From: Negaprion brevirostris
Lineage: Eukaryota
Length of the DNA stretch: 64,000 bases
Direction: 5' to 3'
Assembly (NCBI GenBank): GCA_030324005.1
Contig: JARDVH010000132.1
Span: forward strand, 72,328,325-72,392,324
Positions within the stretch are counted from its first letter, which is position 1; every line of letters begins with the position of its first letter. A model generated the notes under the pieces. That model saw only the letters and a list, made by a program, of their open reading frames with translations, did no database searches and was not told the origin of the DNA. Below, in pieces: positions 38,090-50,628 of the stretch. The position numbers were made by a program, and so were the translations under genes.

Positions 38090-38287
38090 GAATTGCCCTG
38101 CACTGCAGCTCATTAATGAGTAGGTAGGAGTCTTGTGGACAATAGATCCATGGTGTGGCCAAGTTATCTGTGTTGTCTGGATCTCCTCTGTCTTCTATTG
38201 ATGCTCAGGCCCTCCTTGGCCATGTCCCCCATGCAGTGCCTCCCTCTTTTGCCTCCTGCATCAAATGAAGATTCTGAGAAAAATTGC
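38090..38287 (-). repeat. Inverted duplicate of 37025..37236
   Basis: Direct reverse-complement comparison: gcaatttttctcagaatcttcatttg ... taatgagctgcagtgcagggcaattc in both arms. Confidence 0.93.
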
Positions 38288-38868
38288 TGAACTAGATACA
38301 CCACTTCAAGTATATTTACATAGCTATCATGCTTTTAGAACAAATACCAGGAAATGTTTCTTTACCCAGGGAATTTGGAATGATTGATTAGACAGGTGAT
38401 AAAGGCCAGTCACAGCTACAATTGTAAAGACCTGCGGCTTTCAGAATCAGTCTTCATTACTCATTGATGGTGCAAAAAAGTTTGAGAAAAAAAACATTAA
38501 AAATCATACAGATGGTGCCACCTTCCCATATTGAACCTGCTGATGTATTCAATCATGGTCCTGATGACAGGCCTGTTTTTATGGGCCTTGTGTCGCCTCA
38601 TTTTAGCTTCTGTAAAATACTACTTTTTCTCATAACTGATGCCCAAAATATGCAGCAGACGATGAAAAATTGCAGTTGATTATGTTGTTAACTACTGATT
38701 TCAAAATGACAGATGGGACTCCAGCATTATATTATCGGACACTGGCGCAATGATGTCAGGTTGCTAACCCAACATCATCATGCCAAATATTTATCAGTGC
38801 TGTGGTGGGATGGGGTCAATGCACACAATTTGGGAATGTAAAATCCAGCCAACAATTTCTGGTCTTAC

Positions 38869-38973
38869 CTTTAAAGTACAGAGTCCATTAGAGTTTGGCT
38901 CACAAGTTTGACAAGCTCCGTCAAATAATGTTAAAAACTGAGAGTTGCTGTATGTGTAGCCATCATTAGAAAT
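38869..38973 (-). CDS. VWDE: VWDE exon 7 of 14
   Basis: tctgacag|ATT TCT AAT ... TTA AAG|gtaaga; ISNDGYTYSNSQFLTLFDGACQTCEPNSNGLCTLK; 105 nt, phase 0 to 0. Confidence 0.93.
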
Positions 38974-39542
38974 CTGTCAGAGAAAACAAAATCCAATCAC
39001 ATTTTTGTTGACACAAGACATTTATATTCCCACTATATAAAGTAATTTATTTGACACTATTGCCTGCTTTATACATCGTTTGTGTTCACACATTATGGTT
39101 CATGACTTCAAAGGATTTTGTGGAAAATATTCTGAGCAAGCTCTGGCAATAACAAAAGCTTCACGGGATCCTGGCAGCGATCTACTCCTATAATGGCCTT
39201 GTCTCAGTATCCACAAACATGGTTATTAACATATTATTGGGGCAGGTGATTGTGCACTCGCAGCACAACAGAGTACCCACTCAGAAGAGAAGTGTCTTAG
39301 CATTTCTTCAAATTTCTTAGAACTGACAGGAACAGGTGGAAACCCAACAGCTCTGTGTTCTGCTCTAAATCCCAATGCCTCCAGCAGAAAGGCTGTTATG
39401 GCTCCCTACATCCAGAAAGTTGTAGTTGGAATCATTAGTTGCCACAGTGCAATTTAAAAGCAAATGACTGAAAAAAGGAGCTGCAAGGCTTCCGCAGCAG
39501 CCATCTTAAAAACTTGTTTGTGTCCAATTTTAAAAATAATCG

Positions 39543-39890
39543 TCATAGAAATCATAGAAACCCTACAGTACAAAAAGAGGCCATTTGGCCCATCGAGTTT
39601 GCACTGAATATAATCCCACCCAGGCCCTAACCCCATATCCCTACATACTTTACTCACTAATCCCTCTAACCTATGCATCTCAGGACACTAAGACGCAATT
39701 TTAGCATGGCCGATCAACCTAACCCGCACATCTTTGGACTGTGGTAGGAAACCGGAGCACCCAGAAGAAACACACAAAGACGCAGGGAGAATGTGCAAAC
39801 TCCACACAGACAGTAACCCAAGCCGAGAATCAAACCTAGGTTCCTGGAGCTGTGAAGCAGCAGTGCTAACCACTGTGCTACCGTGCCACC
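39543..39890 (-). mobile_element. Full-length HE1-like V-SINE
   Basis: Minus strand: ggcacggtagcacagtggttagcac (A box), ggtttgattc (B box), V core, CR1-like tail with ttctatgatttctatga repeats. Confidence 0.92.
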
Positions 39891-41454
39891 TACTGTACTG
39901 TACTGTCTGAAAGTTCATATGACATGACATGCCAGTACTGGGCGTGACAGTAATTACTGTCATTATGTAAGCAAATTCAGTGGCTATTTTCTGGGTTGGA
40001 TAAATAAAACTCGTGGCCATCCCCTATCAACCTGAAAAAAAACAGGAAGTCAGGAGCTGAAAACAGGGAAAGCCACCCCACTGGTCTGCCATCCTCACTG
40101 AGGCCCAAGGCTGACGTGACACTTTATTCAAGCAGACCTGGGACAGGTGTAAGGCTGCTTCACCATGACAATCATTAATGACAGTGGGTTCTGAGGTTAT
40201 GTTGCTCTCGAAAGCTGTTCTCACTCAGAATCACCGACGTACTGAGGCACTGTTGTAGAAAAGCGGCCTGGGCTTCATGGAGAAAGGAATTCCTTCCTTT
40301 TTCAGGATAACAGAGCATGCTTGCTCCCCAGCCATATTTCCTGCTAACATCACCCAGCCAACTGATCCTGGCTGCCCTGGTCCCTGTGACTCAAAAATCG
40401 AGTGCCAAATCATTGGCGACTCTTTCCCCAAAGCAAATATGATAATGGGCCTTTCACTAAATATAAATTCTACTTCCAACCAGCTTCAACAGCACAACAC
40501 TTCTCCCCATTGATTGAGATCAATAGAGAGATCCTGGAAAATATTTTTCATCTGCAAAGAAAAAACCAGTAAAACTTGGAAAGGAAGAGTAGGGGTGAAG
40601 TTTGTCCTAACTGGTCTTGTATGCCTTAAAATGGAAGTCCAGTGCTACCAATGCCATTATCACTGATTTTTACTGGGATTTTAAAATTTCAATTGTTTTT
40701 TTTCCCTTCTGGAGTCTTGGGACCTTCCTCTCAATGAAGGTAAACATAGGGACCTATTTTACCATATTGACTCTAAGTGCTGGACTTGAAACTGGGAGTG
40801 TTTCAGAACTACCCCACCCCCCTGCCTGATCACAGGCAGAGTGGCAGCGGACCCCCCTTTCACCCCCCCACCCCCGAACTGATCTCAAGCAGAGTGGCAG
40901 CAGACCCATTTTCCCTCCCACCCACCCCCCAGCAATCCCAAGTAGAGAGCTGTCGGACCCACCTCCCCTCCTCCAACGATCTCAAGCTGAGAGCTGTTGG
41001 ACACTCAGCACTTAGTTCCTCACTAATCCTTGCTGATGGAGCGCCTGAAATGGACTTATAGGGAACATATCTGTTTCGCGTCGGTTCCAGATGAACGAAT
41101 GCGGTGGTCAAGAAGGAAGTGACGGTAAAATTGTGCGTGGAGCGCATTAAATCAATTTGAATGCATGCAAATTCATTTAAATGGCCATTGCACTTGTTTG
41201 TAGCATGGTCCTGATCGCGTCCATTTTCAGGCCTTGGAGGCAGACGTGGATTGTGCTATTCTCCTCACGCCCAACTTTACTAAGTTTGCACACTTGGAAA
41301 ATGGGCGCAACACAATGGTAAAATCAGGTCTATAGTCAATGAAATTTTTCATTGCCCCCAGTATCTCAACTCAGCGTTTAGTCAACTGAGATAAAGAGTA
41401 TTTGAATGCGAAGATCTCAACTTGAGACTAAGGGTCATGATTAACCAGGCAGCA

Positions 41455-41840
41455 GTGATCAACATGCTCCTTACTCTTTGGAGACTTGGTCAATCTATAG
41501 CAGACACCTCAAAGCACTGGAGAAACACTATGCAAGATTCTCCAAAACTGGTGACAAGAAAGGGCCCAGCATTAAGGGACTGATAATTTAAAACCAGCTC
41601 CACAGGGCAGGACATATTATTCGTATGCCTGACACCAGACTCCTGGAGTAACTGCTCTGTTTGAATTTTCGTCGTGGCAGGAGAATCCCAGAAGGGCAAA
41701 GGAAGGGCTTTAAGGATGCCCTCACAGCATCAATGATGAGGTGAGAAATCTCTGCTGACTCATAAGAGCACCTGGCTTATGACTGACAAAAGATGGAGAA
41801 GATTTGTTTCGGAAGGCACTGAACACACCAGGAGATTTCA
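41455..41840 (+). mobile_element. RTE-clade LINE C-terminal fragment
   Basis: RMPDTRL...GRRIPEGQRKGFKDALTAS ... KRWRRFVSEG resembles the RTE ORF end. Confidence 0.65.
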
Positions 41841-44185
41841 CTGAGGTGCAGCCTCTTTGATAGTGATCGTATCTCACAATTTGCTCCTCAGTGAAGCCGA
41901 GGTCAGGTAAAGTGTTTCCTGAAGGCCTGCTGAAAGGCCTCCTGCAAAGCACGCATCCCACCCCCCCACAACCTCACTCTATATTCTCTGCTTCCTCTTG
42001 TCTTCATTGCTCCTCTTTGTACTCCACAACAAAGGCAGGCCTACTTGAACATGTATGACTGCAATAAAGCTGTTTTCAAAGGCAGAGAAAAACAATCCAG
42101 CACCAACTAAAATTTATCAGAAGTTTGAATTCAATTGTTGAAGGCAGATAATAGGCAGAAATAAAATGCAGTTAACCAATAGCCTAAAGGGACAAAACAG
42201 CAACTAATCTGTACAGTGATGATAGGCTCTTTAAGTAATGATGCTGTAGGGTCACTGCTACCTGCTAGCACAATGATTTGCTGAGTAAGTTTGTCACATG
42301 CTAATTTAGCCACTGGGGTAGTTCAATTCCACAAAAGAATCCCACGACAAGCACAGGACCCTTACTTAAATATTATAATGAACATTAGCTTCCAACATGT
42401 TATCTGGGCGCACTTGGAGAAGTCCAATTCAATTCAGTGGCAGCACACCTCCAGCACAGAATGAGTCTGTATAATCCTGTAAATTGGGAGTAGTTCGATT
42501 GAAATTTATTGATTCGACGAAAACAGGAGAGATTACCTATTACGCTACAGGGAAGAAATTTCACCCTTCTAGGGAGGCAAGTATAGAGGGGGACTGGCAC
42601 TTGCCCACACTGAAGTCACTTTCCTGAAGATGGCTCGGGGCATAGAATTATTTGCCTACAAGCAGTAGGTAGCCAATTCAAGTAAACTAAAAGCCAATTG
42701 TCAGAATTGACTGGAATTTTTCAGTCAGTGAGCAGGCTCCCCACCTAATTGCAAATTGGCCAGCTGTTTGGCCATCTCCTGATGGCAGCATGGGGGAAAC
42801 AGTGATGCATATGCCTTTGAAGCTCTTCCTGCATTCATCTGTGGCCAGGAGTCATCCTGTGGGGGAACTTTCCTCTATAATGGTGGCCTGATGGCTGTGG
42901 GCACTTCTTTAGTTATAAAATATAGAAGTTGTTGAGAGGGCACCCAGAGATGGAGGCATCTTCTCTCTCCTTTATCTAAAAAGGCAGTGCCTTCTGAGCT
43001 GGAGGACCCCCTACTGGCCCTCCAGCTTTGAGTCCCCAGCCNNNNNNNNNNNNNNNNNNNNNNNNNNNNNNNNNNNNNNNNNNNNNNNNNNNNNNNNNNN
43101 NNNNNNNNNNNNNNNNNNNNNNNNNNNNNNNNNNNNNNNNNNNNNNNNNNNNNNNNNNNNNNNNNNNNNNNNNNNNNNNNNNNNNNNNNNNNNNNNNNNN
43201 NNNNNNNNNNNNNNNNNNNNNNNNNNNNNNNNNNNNNNNNNNNNNNNNNNNNNNNNNNNNNNNNNNNNNNNNNNNNNNNNNNNNNNNNNNNNNNNNNNNN
43301 NNNNNNNNNNNNNNNNNNNNNNNNNNNNNNNNNNNNNNNNNNNNNNNNNNNNNNNNNNNNNNNNNNNNNNNNNNNNNNNNNNNNNNNNNNNNNNNNNNNN
43401 NNNNNNNNNNNNNNNNNNNNNNNNNNNNNNNNNNNNNNNNNNNNNNNNNNNNNNNNNNNNNNNNNNNNNNNNNNNNNNNNNNNNNNNNNNNNNNNNNNNN
43501 NNNNNNNNNNNNNNNNNNNNNNNNNNNNNNNNNNNNNNNNNNNNNNNNNNNNNNNNNNNNNNNNNNNNNNNNNNNNNNNNNNNNNNNNNNNNNNNNNNNN
43601 NNNNNNNNNNNNNNNNNNNNNNNNNNNNNNNNNNNNNNNNNNNNNNNNNNNNNNNNNNNNNNNNNNNNNNNNNNNNNNNNNNNNNNNNNNNNNNNNNNNN
43701 NNNNNNNNNNNNNNNNNNNNNNNNNNNNNNNNNNNNNNNNNNNNNNNNNNNNNNNNCCTGCTCCTATTTCTTATGTTCTTATGAAGATAAAAGTGCTAGA
43801 AATTGTAATATTTGCAAACATTCCTTTTGACACAGCAGAAGTGCAGATTAAATCACAAAATTCTATGAGTTTCTACAGTTGGCATGAAGATGTTTTCACA
43901 GAATCCGTACAATGCGGGAAGAGGCCATTCAGCCAGTACCAACAACAATCCCACTCAGGCCCTATTACCGTAACCCCACATATTTACTCTGCTAGTCTCC
44001 AATTTAGAATGACCAATCGACCTAACCTGCAAACCTTTGGACTTTGGTGTTTAAAATAAAGAGCTGAAATTGTGTAAGTTCTAATCTCCTGCAGCTTGAT
44101 TGTTGCAGATTACAATAAATAAAATTGTAAGGATTCAAATTTACTTCAATAAAAATTTTATAATTTAAAATTTAAAATTTCACAC

Positions 44186-44344
44186 CTTGACTTGCCATCT
44201 TGCAATTGGCTGGTCATCAATAAGGTCTATACTTTCAAATCGTTGGCCAATCTCAGCTGGAATCCGGCAGTCTACAGCTCGAGTACTCAAAAATGTCGCC
44301 GTTGTCGGTTGTGAGACAGTTGGAACCCATTCATCATTGACGTA
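44186..44344 (-). CDS. VWDE: VWDE exon 6 of 14
   Basis: gcatag|TAC GTC AAT ... GTC AAG|gtgtga; YVNDEWVPTVSQPTTATFLSTRAVDCRIPAEIGQRFESIDLIDDQPIARWQVK; 159 nt, phase 0 to 0. Confidence 0.92.
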
Positions 44345-46583
44345 CTATGCTCAATTAGATAACGAAAATTGAAAGGCACAACATTAATTCTGACAACACA
44401 ATTAAAAAAATTTTAGCACACCTTACACTAGTTCCACATGGTTCTTACATCTGTAGACCAAATTTCACTCCCTTCCCTTTGAGTGCAAACATATGTTTGC
44501 AAATCAATCCTTTTGCCATGCAGTAGTGGTGGGCTAATCAGGATCAGGGAGCATCCATACTTCATATTCCAGGTCAAGTAATTTCTACATTTTAATGACA
44601 ATAATGCTTCACTGAGAATTTAAGACTAAATTATGACAAGATTATTGAACAGCACAAACCCCCAAAAAGGCTACAACATTACCTCATTGCCATGTATGCA
44701 CAGTCTGGGAAAGCCTATGAAAAGTCCAAGTGAAAGTAAAAGTACGCAATATTTTCAACCTCTTTGGGCATTATGAAGCATTATTTCTGACTTACACCTG
44801 TCTCTTGTTAACAACCATTGTACAATTTAGGTGTTTTGATATAAAAATTGTAATCACATCTGGCGCTGTGCTAGAAATTAAAACTGAGTCACTTTGTACA
44901 ATGGTCATAATTTGATGATTGAAATAAGAATATTTGTAATTTGAGATAATTTAGTGGACTCAAAAACTAATTAACAGTCACAGATTAATCTTCAATTTGA
45001 CAGGTGTATAAAACTAATTATGAATACATAGTTCTTTTATATGTTATGGTGGGGGGGAAGGGACCAAAAATCTGAGTCTTGTTATGCATTGATATGATGT
45101 GGTTCTGGTGGTGGTAAGTAAACGTAAGCAACTTCAAAGATTGTAAGATTTTCAATGGCCACGTTTCTCCAGCACTGGGTGTTCACATGCAGATCAAACT
45201 GAGGCTGGAGAATCATGGAGGAGTTGTCCTGCACCCTGACATAATCTGGTTCACGTCCAGTGAAGGCATGAGCCAGATTAGCATATTTAAAATAATCATT
45301 TAAACATGTAGGGATGGCTTGGAGGCAGATTCCTCCAGTTCCTGTAATTCACTGACCATCGGGCGCAGGGAGAACCCGGCATAAATCCCTACTTGTCTTC
45401 ACAAATGTTGACCTGGACATCTAGCGATAGGTGAGTAGTGGAGTTTGCCCCTCTAGGATCAAGGATTGAGGGTGTTGCCCCATGTCTGCAGGGGGTGCCT
45501 CGTCTGTGTGCGCAGGGTGGAGATAAGGAGCACTTTCAACTTAACTTTGAGACCTAAGGAGCAGGTCTTGGTCCCCACTCCAAAAAATTTCTGAATGTGG
45601 TTGAATTGCAAACTGAATTGCACTGACATTTCCAGCAGGAATCTCACCGATTTTCCTCACTTGGGACAACACTTAGAAATTTTTGGGAGAATTTCACCAA
45701 ATACACCTTTTCACAGTGTTTAAAGCATCTAAGAGTTGTTTGGGGTATGAAAGAATAATAAGTGTGCCTGTGGCTGTGTGTTTCTGAATTTTGATTTTCA
45801 GGAAGTGCTGATTGATTAACTTGAGAACTTCAGCTTTTCAATTGGCTTAAGTTTATGGGGCTGAAAGAGTAACTGAATCAGTTGAAATTGGGCTTCAGCA
45901 CACTAATATCTCTATTATATAAAGAGCTAACTACAGGTTGAGTCCTTCATCTGAAAACCTCGGGGCCGACTGCATTTTGGATTTCAGTTAATTTTGCTCA
46001 TCAGATACTGCATATAAACTTATATTATAATAGTGCAAGCCTAGTCTGGCTATAGTCTAAAGTAAATAAAATGGATCAAAAAGTAAGATATATCACTGAA
46101 TAATACATGTAGAGTGCCTATAATAAGCTTCTTTTTGATATATTGACCACAAAGATCACAAGGTAAACAGTGCAGACAAACAACTAGAATTCTTGTACTC
46201 AAGGTCATTGAGGTTCAAAGAAACTGTGGTTTTTGGGTGTGTTCGGTTTTCAGTCTGACTAGTAAAGGATATTTGACCTGTACATAGCAAAACTATAATG
46301 AAAGTATAAAGAAATCAAATATGTGCACTTGGATAAATCATGGGAATTAAGTTTAAACTGTTATAAAATAATGCTCAATATTCAAAGACCGAGACATACT
46401 TGGCGAGTGTTAGCAAATAGTATCTTTACGTCATTCCAAACACACTACTTTTTAATCTCTCAGAAACCTCTCTCACATCACTTCCCAACTATCTGCAGAA
46501 CTGAAGGTTAAAAGGTATTTAACAAAATAGCCCTGCACTATATTTACTATTGAGTATAGACTGCATCCTGTAACTTTACTTAC

Positions 46584-46720
46584 TTTTAGCTTGATGATTT
46601 CACACGTTAAACTTGCAGACTCCACGAACCACTGGCCAAAGACCCTCACAGAGGTACAGTCATACTGCCGAACATCACACAATCCAGAATTCTCCAACTC
46701 TGTGATTTCAGGAAGCTGAT
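46584..46720 (-). CDS. VWDE: VWDE exon 5 of 14
   Basis: catcgaag|AT CAG CTT ... CTA AAA|gtaagt; (D)QLPEITELENSGLCDVRQYDCTSVRVFGQWFVESASLTCEIIKLK; 137 nt, phase 1 to 0. The acceptor is pyrimidine-poor. Confidence 0.9.
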
Positions 46721-46915
46721 CTTCGATGTTAATATCATAAAATGTGAATCAAATTGTACTCTCAGCAAAATTTTAAACTTGCAAGACCTTACATTTTGTC
46801 GTATGCAAGTCTATTCCAAAGTACAAACATCCTGCATGTTTTTCTTCAAGTACACATATATTTCATTTGTTCATTTGCAAAGATGCAGAGATGCCAGTGT
46901 TAAACTGGAGTGGGC

Positions 46916-47100
46916 ACAGTAAGAAGTCTCACAACACCAGGTTAAAGTTCAATAGGGGTTTATTTGGAATCATGAGCTTTCAGAGCGCTGCTGCTTCATC
47001 AGGTGTGCGGCTCACCTGATGAAGGAGCAGCACTCCAACAGCTCATGATTCCAAATAAACCTGTTGGACTTTATCCTGGTATTATAAGACTTCTTACTGT
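46916..47100. repeat. About 90-bp-arm fold-back made of two inverted Penelope-like termini
   Basis: Arms 46916-47005 and 47013-47100: acagtaagaagtct...cttcatcaggtg / cacctgatgaag...agacttcttactgt, 7-nt spacer. Confidence 0.9.
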
Positions 47101-47411
47101 TAACATTAGCGAAATGTGGGGAGATGGGGCAGGGTGGGGGAGGTGTGTAGGAGTCAAGACAACAAGCAATACGTAACTGGATTGTTCTCCCCACTCAATT
47201 AGATGCCTCCTCTTTGCTCAGTATTTCCCCCATACTGTACAGCTCTGTTCACCAAAGGACAGAAAGGTGAACAGAACCTGCATCAGCAGGGTTTTACATT
47301 GCTCAATTATTAATAATTCCACAAAACATCAATTGGCATGCTAAAGACTGCAAATACACTAAGAAGGTTTAAAAAATTACGAGTTTTATCGATTTGTGCC
47401 ACAATACTTAC

Positions 47412-48394
47412 CAACTAAAACACTGCAATCATAACTGCTGAAACCTGAAAAACAGGTACAACCCCACTCAGTACATTCACCATTGGCACTGCAGGAATTG
47501 GGACACCTTAGTGCTGACAAGATGTCCTGAGGTACACTGGACAAATCACCTTTGCCACTTCCATGATGGATTCCATCTTCAAAAAGTTTCTTTTCACATT
47601 CATTCTCTAACAAACCTAGACCTCCACTTGCCCAGGTGACATCATCCTTAAGCTGAAGATCCAAGATGCAAATATCTATAACATCCATTAACCGTTGGCC
47701 CAGTAATTCTCCACAGGCATGACCTATACTAGAATTGGCAACTGTCTGTTGGCATAAATCAAAGGCCACAGCTTCTGTCAGTCCAGAAGATGTAGGCCAA
47801 GAAGGCAAGATTTCTTGATGAAGTTCAGAAGTATGGTCCTCAGGAAAGAAGTAACTAAATCCTTCCAAGTCTGTCTGGGTAAGGCTTTGAAAAGGGAATG
47901 TTGGTAAGTATTCATAATAATTTTGCCGTTTCCATCTTCTTTTGTCAAGATATCCTTTCTGATGGTGTTTATATTTATGTCTGTTCCTTCTAGTGTACTG
48001 CCTTAACGTGGCTTGTTGTCTCCGCATGGGATGCACAAAGGAAACTCTTGCAAAATGGAGGGTTTGGTTTAATTTACTCAGACTGGCATAATGTATATCT
48101 CTTAAAGTAGGAACTGTAGACTTGTTTTGAGCATTGCGTCTACTAATTCCTCGAATCAGCTCAACAGTGCTGATGTACTCTGCTGTAACATCCAGTACAG
48201 GTATCAAATTGGAAAATCTCACATTTTCACTTCCCAGACAGGCTGAAGGAGTCACAGATTGAGGAACAGAATCTAGTTTATTGGAAGATTGTTGCAGCAC
48301 AATTGAATGAGAGCTACAAGTGCAATAACGTTTTCTTTTGACAATAACAGGTGAAGGTGGTGTTTTATCAAATAGACTCTTTCCGGACAGAATT
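47412..48394 (-). CDS. VWDE: VWDE exon 4 of 14: large exon (basic linker, Cys-rich region, EGF-like)
   Basis: ttacag|A ATT CTG ... GTT G|gtaagt; inside the 340-aa ORF 47386..48408; ILSGKSLFD...KRRWKRQNYYEY...CPNSCSANGECTEWGCTCFSGFSSYDC; 983 nt, phase 2 to 1. Confidence 0.96.
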
Positions 48395-48762
48395 CTGTAA
48401 AGGCACAACCAGAAATAACATTACCACATTGTTCACAGATCTAGCACACTGGCTGACAACTGCATTTTCAGGCTCAATGACGGTTGGTGTGTATCAAATA
48501 CATAACCAATAGTTTTGTACCGACACATATTCTCAATTAATGCATTGTTTTGAAAATAAACATATTCTACAATGCAAAATTACCATTTCATGCACAGGAA
48601 TCTGGTACATCCTTTGTAGAATTATCCATTTTTTTCATTCCATTGATGTTAATGGAAATAAATATGTGGGCCAAGCAATGCACTCTGCCATGTAAACAAT
48701 CATGCAGTGCCAAAGAAAACTTAATGCATCATTTTGGGCAAAAACTTCTGTATTAATCATAC

Positions 48763-48971
48763 CTCCAATTTTCAATGAAACTATCAAGGTTGACAATTTG
48801 TTCTTGAGTTAAGGGATCATCTGAACCATGGAAGTCATTATTCATGTCACCATCAAACGTCCCACATAGACCCCTGGTTCTTTGGAAGTCTACACCTGGT
48901 GCTCTGAGTGTTAAGCTCATTCCCCATTCACTAACATCAGCACGGACGAATGCTCCAGAAGAAAATGTGAT
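48763..48971 (-). CDS. VWDE: VWDE exon 3 of 14: VWD C-terminal part
   Basis: atatag|ATC ACA TTT ... TGG AG|gtatga; ITFSSGAFVRADVSEWGMSLTLRAPGVDFQRTRGLCGTFDGDMNNDF...FIENW(R), with the VWD GLCG motif; 209 nt, phase 0 to 2. Confidence 0.95.
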
Positions 48972-50503
48972 CTATATGGCGAAACAAAATTGCAGCAAAT
49001 TATCTTTATTTGATACTTTTGCTTCTATATGATCCTAATTATATGATCAGCATAGCACTAAAATATATCTGCAATTACATGGAGATCTACATATACCCTC
49101 TCCCTTTTTAATGAGAAAATTGTAAATTGATAAGCAAAAGTCTTGCTATATACAGATGCTACAGTTTTAAATCTTGATTGAATCTGCAGTCAATCCCTGA
49201 TCAAATACTGCAGTCATGGTAGGCCCTAATTCGGGGTTTGCATTACATGGGAGCAAAGGTCTTCAGTCTTCCTCCCTTACACATGTGGATGGAACAGGTG
49301 CTGATGGCTACTATTCATGACTTTGGCAGAGTATTTGGGTGAGGGCTGGGTTGCAACTCAATGTTTTGTTTGTATTTATAATGAACAAGATGAATGATAA
49401 TGTCTTTATTTTTAATACCACATGTCATATTCTTCTTCTACAATTGAAGACTCATAAATGCATAAATTATTCCTTTGACAGTAATAAGCTTGAATCAGGA
49501 CTTCTGGAAAAGCATAAAAGTAAATGACTGCAGTTGCTGGAATCTGAAACAAAAACAGAAAACCTCAGCAGGTCTGAAAGCATCTATGAAGAGAGAATAG
49601 ACTTGCTGAGATTTTCTAGCATTTTGTTTTTGGAAAAGCATATATGCAAAGAACTAGCTAGCAGATATTTGGATCTAGACATCACTCAACACTTCAGTCC
49701 AAATAAAAACCACAAAAAAGCAATACAGGTTAAAATTCCACACAGGTACAAGCAGTGTCCCCAGTGGAGTTACAGTTTGTGATCAATAGGATTCCTGCAA
49801 TATTTCAAACCCCATATACTACTGCTGAATTGGCTATGTACAGTGCATTAAGTTTAAAACCACAATCACTTGGCAACTTTCATGCTTGGATCAAGATACT
49901 GTAATTAAGCATTATGCTTGGATACATTAATAGACACAGTGGAAATGAATGAAAAATGATCCAATATCAAATTCAGATCAGACTGACATTCATTAGTGAT
50001 CTTAAAATTGGTACATAGTGGCAAAACTCAAGTTACTTATTAATCACAAGAGAATGTGTGAAAGTCAAAACAAAATATTTTAAAACCTGCATTTATTCAT
50101 GGGAAAATTCATGGAAATGCAGGACACATCGCTCCTTTTAAGAGATCACTTTCATGCCTACAACCAATATTAATCAGGTACAAATAGCAGGCACTCAAAC
50201 ACCTTATGCCTTGCATGTGGTTTGTGCGTGCGTATCAATGAAAGCTGATAAAGAAAGTGGCCCTCTCACATGGATCAGAAAAAATTGGACATAACATTGG
50301 CAAAAACTGGAAGGGCGAAAGGGTGGAGTTTTACCTGAGCCACCTACCACTCTGCAGGACAGAGCAGATGAGCACAGTTCTAGTTTGCAGGAGGCAATAA
50401 CTCCAAGTAAAGACAGAGAATCAGCATATATAATTTAAAATAAAAACATAAAATGCTGGAAGAACGCAGCAGGTCCAGCAGCATCTATGGGAGAGAGAAA
50501 CTT

Positions 50504-50628
50504 GGGTGGATTTTCCTGCCCAGGCCAGAAATTCCCACCCAAGGTCAATGGACCTTTAAATTGTTCACCAAATTATCTCTCTTGCCCTCTATGATTCTTG
50601 CAGAGGGTGGGACAGGAAATTTCCACCC
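50504..50628. mobile_element. 125-bp MITE nested in a Penelope-like terminal repeat
   Basis: Inverted termini gggtggattttcctg / caggaaatttccaccc; interrupts aaatgctggaagaacgcagcaggtccagcagcatctatgggagagagaaac...aatgtttc (50451-50640). Confidence 0.7.

Noticed and set aside
39820-39890. tRNA gene (also 16451 and 36200 regions)
   Set aside because: A and B boxes continue into V-SINE core and tail sequence; these are SINE heads.
40027-40513. Short ORFs on both strands suggesting a nested gene
   Set aside because: No recognisable domain or coherent exon chain; ORF lengths are within chance expectation.
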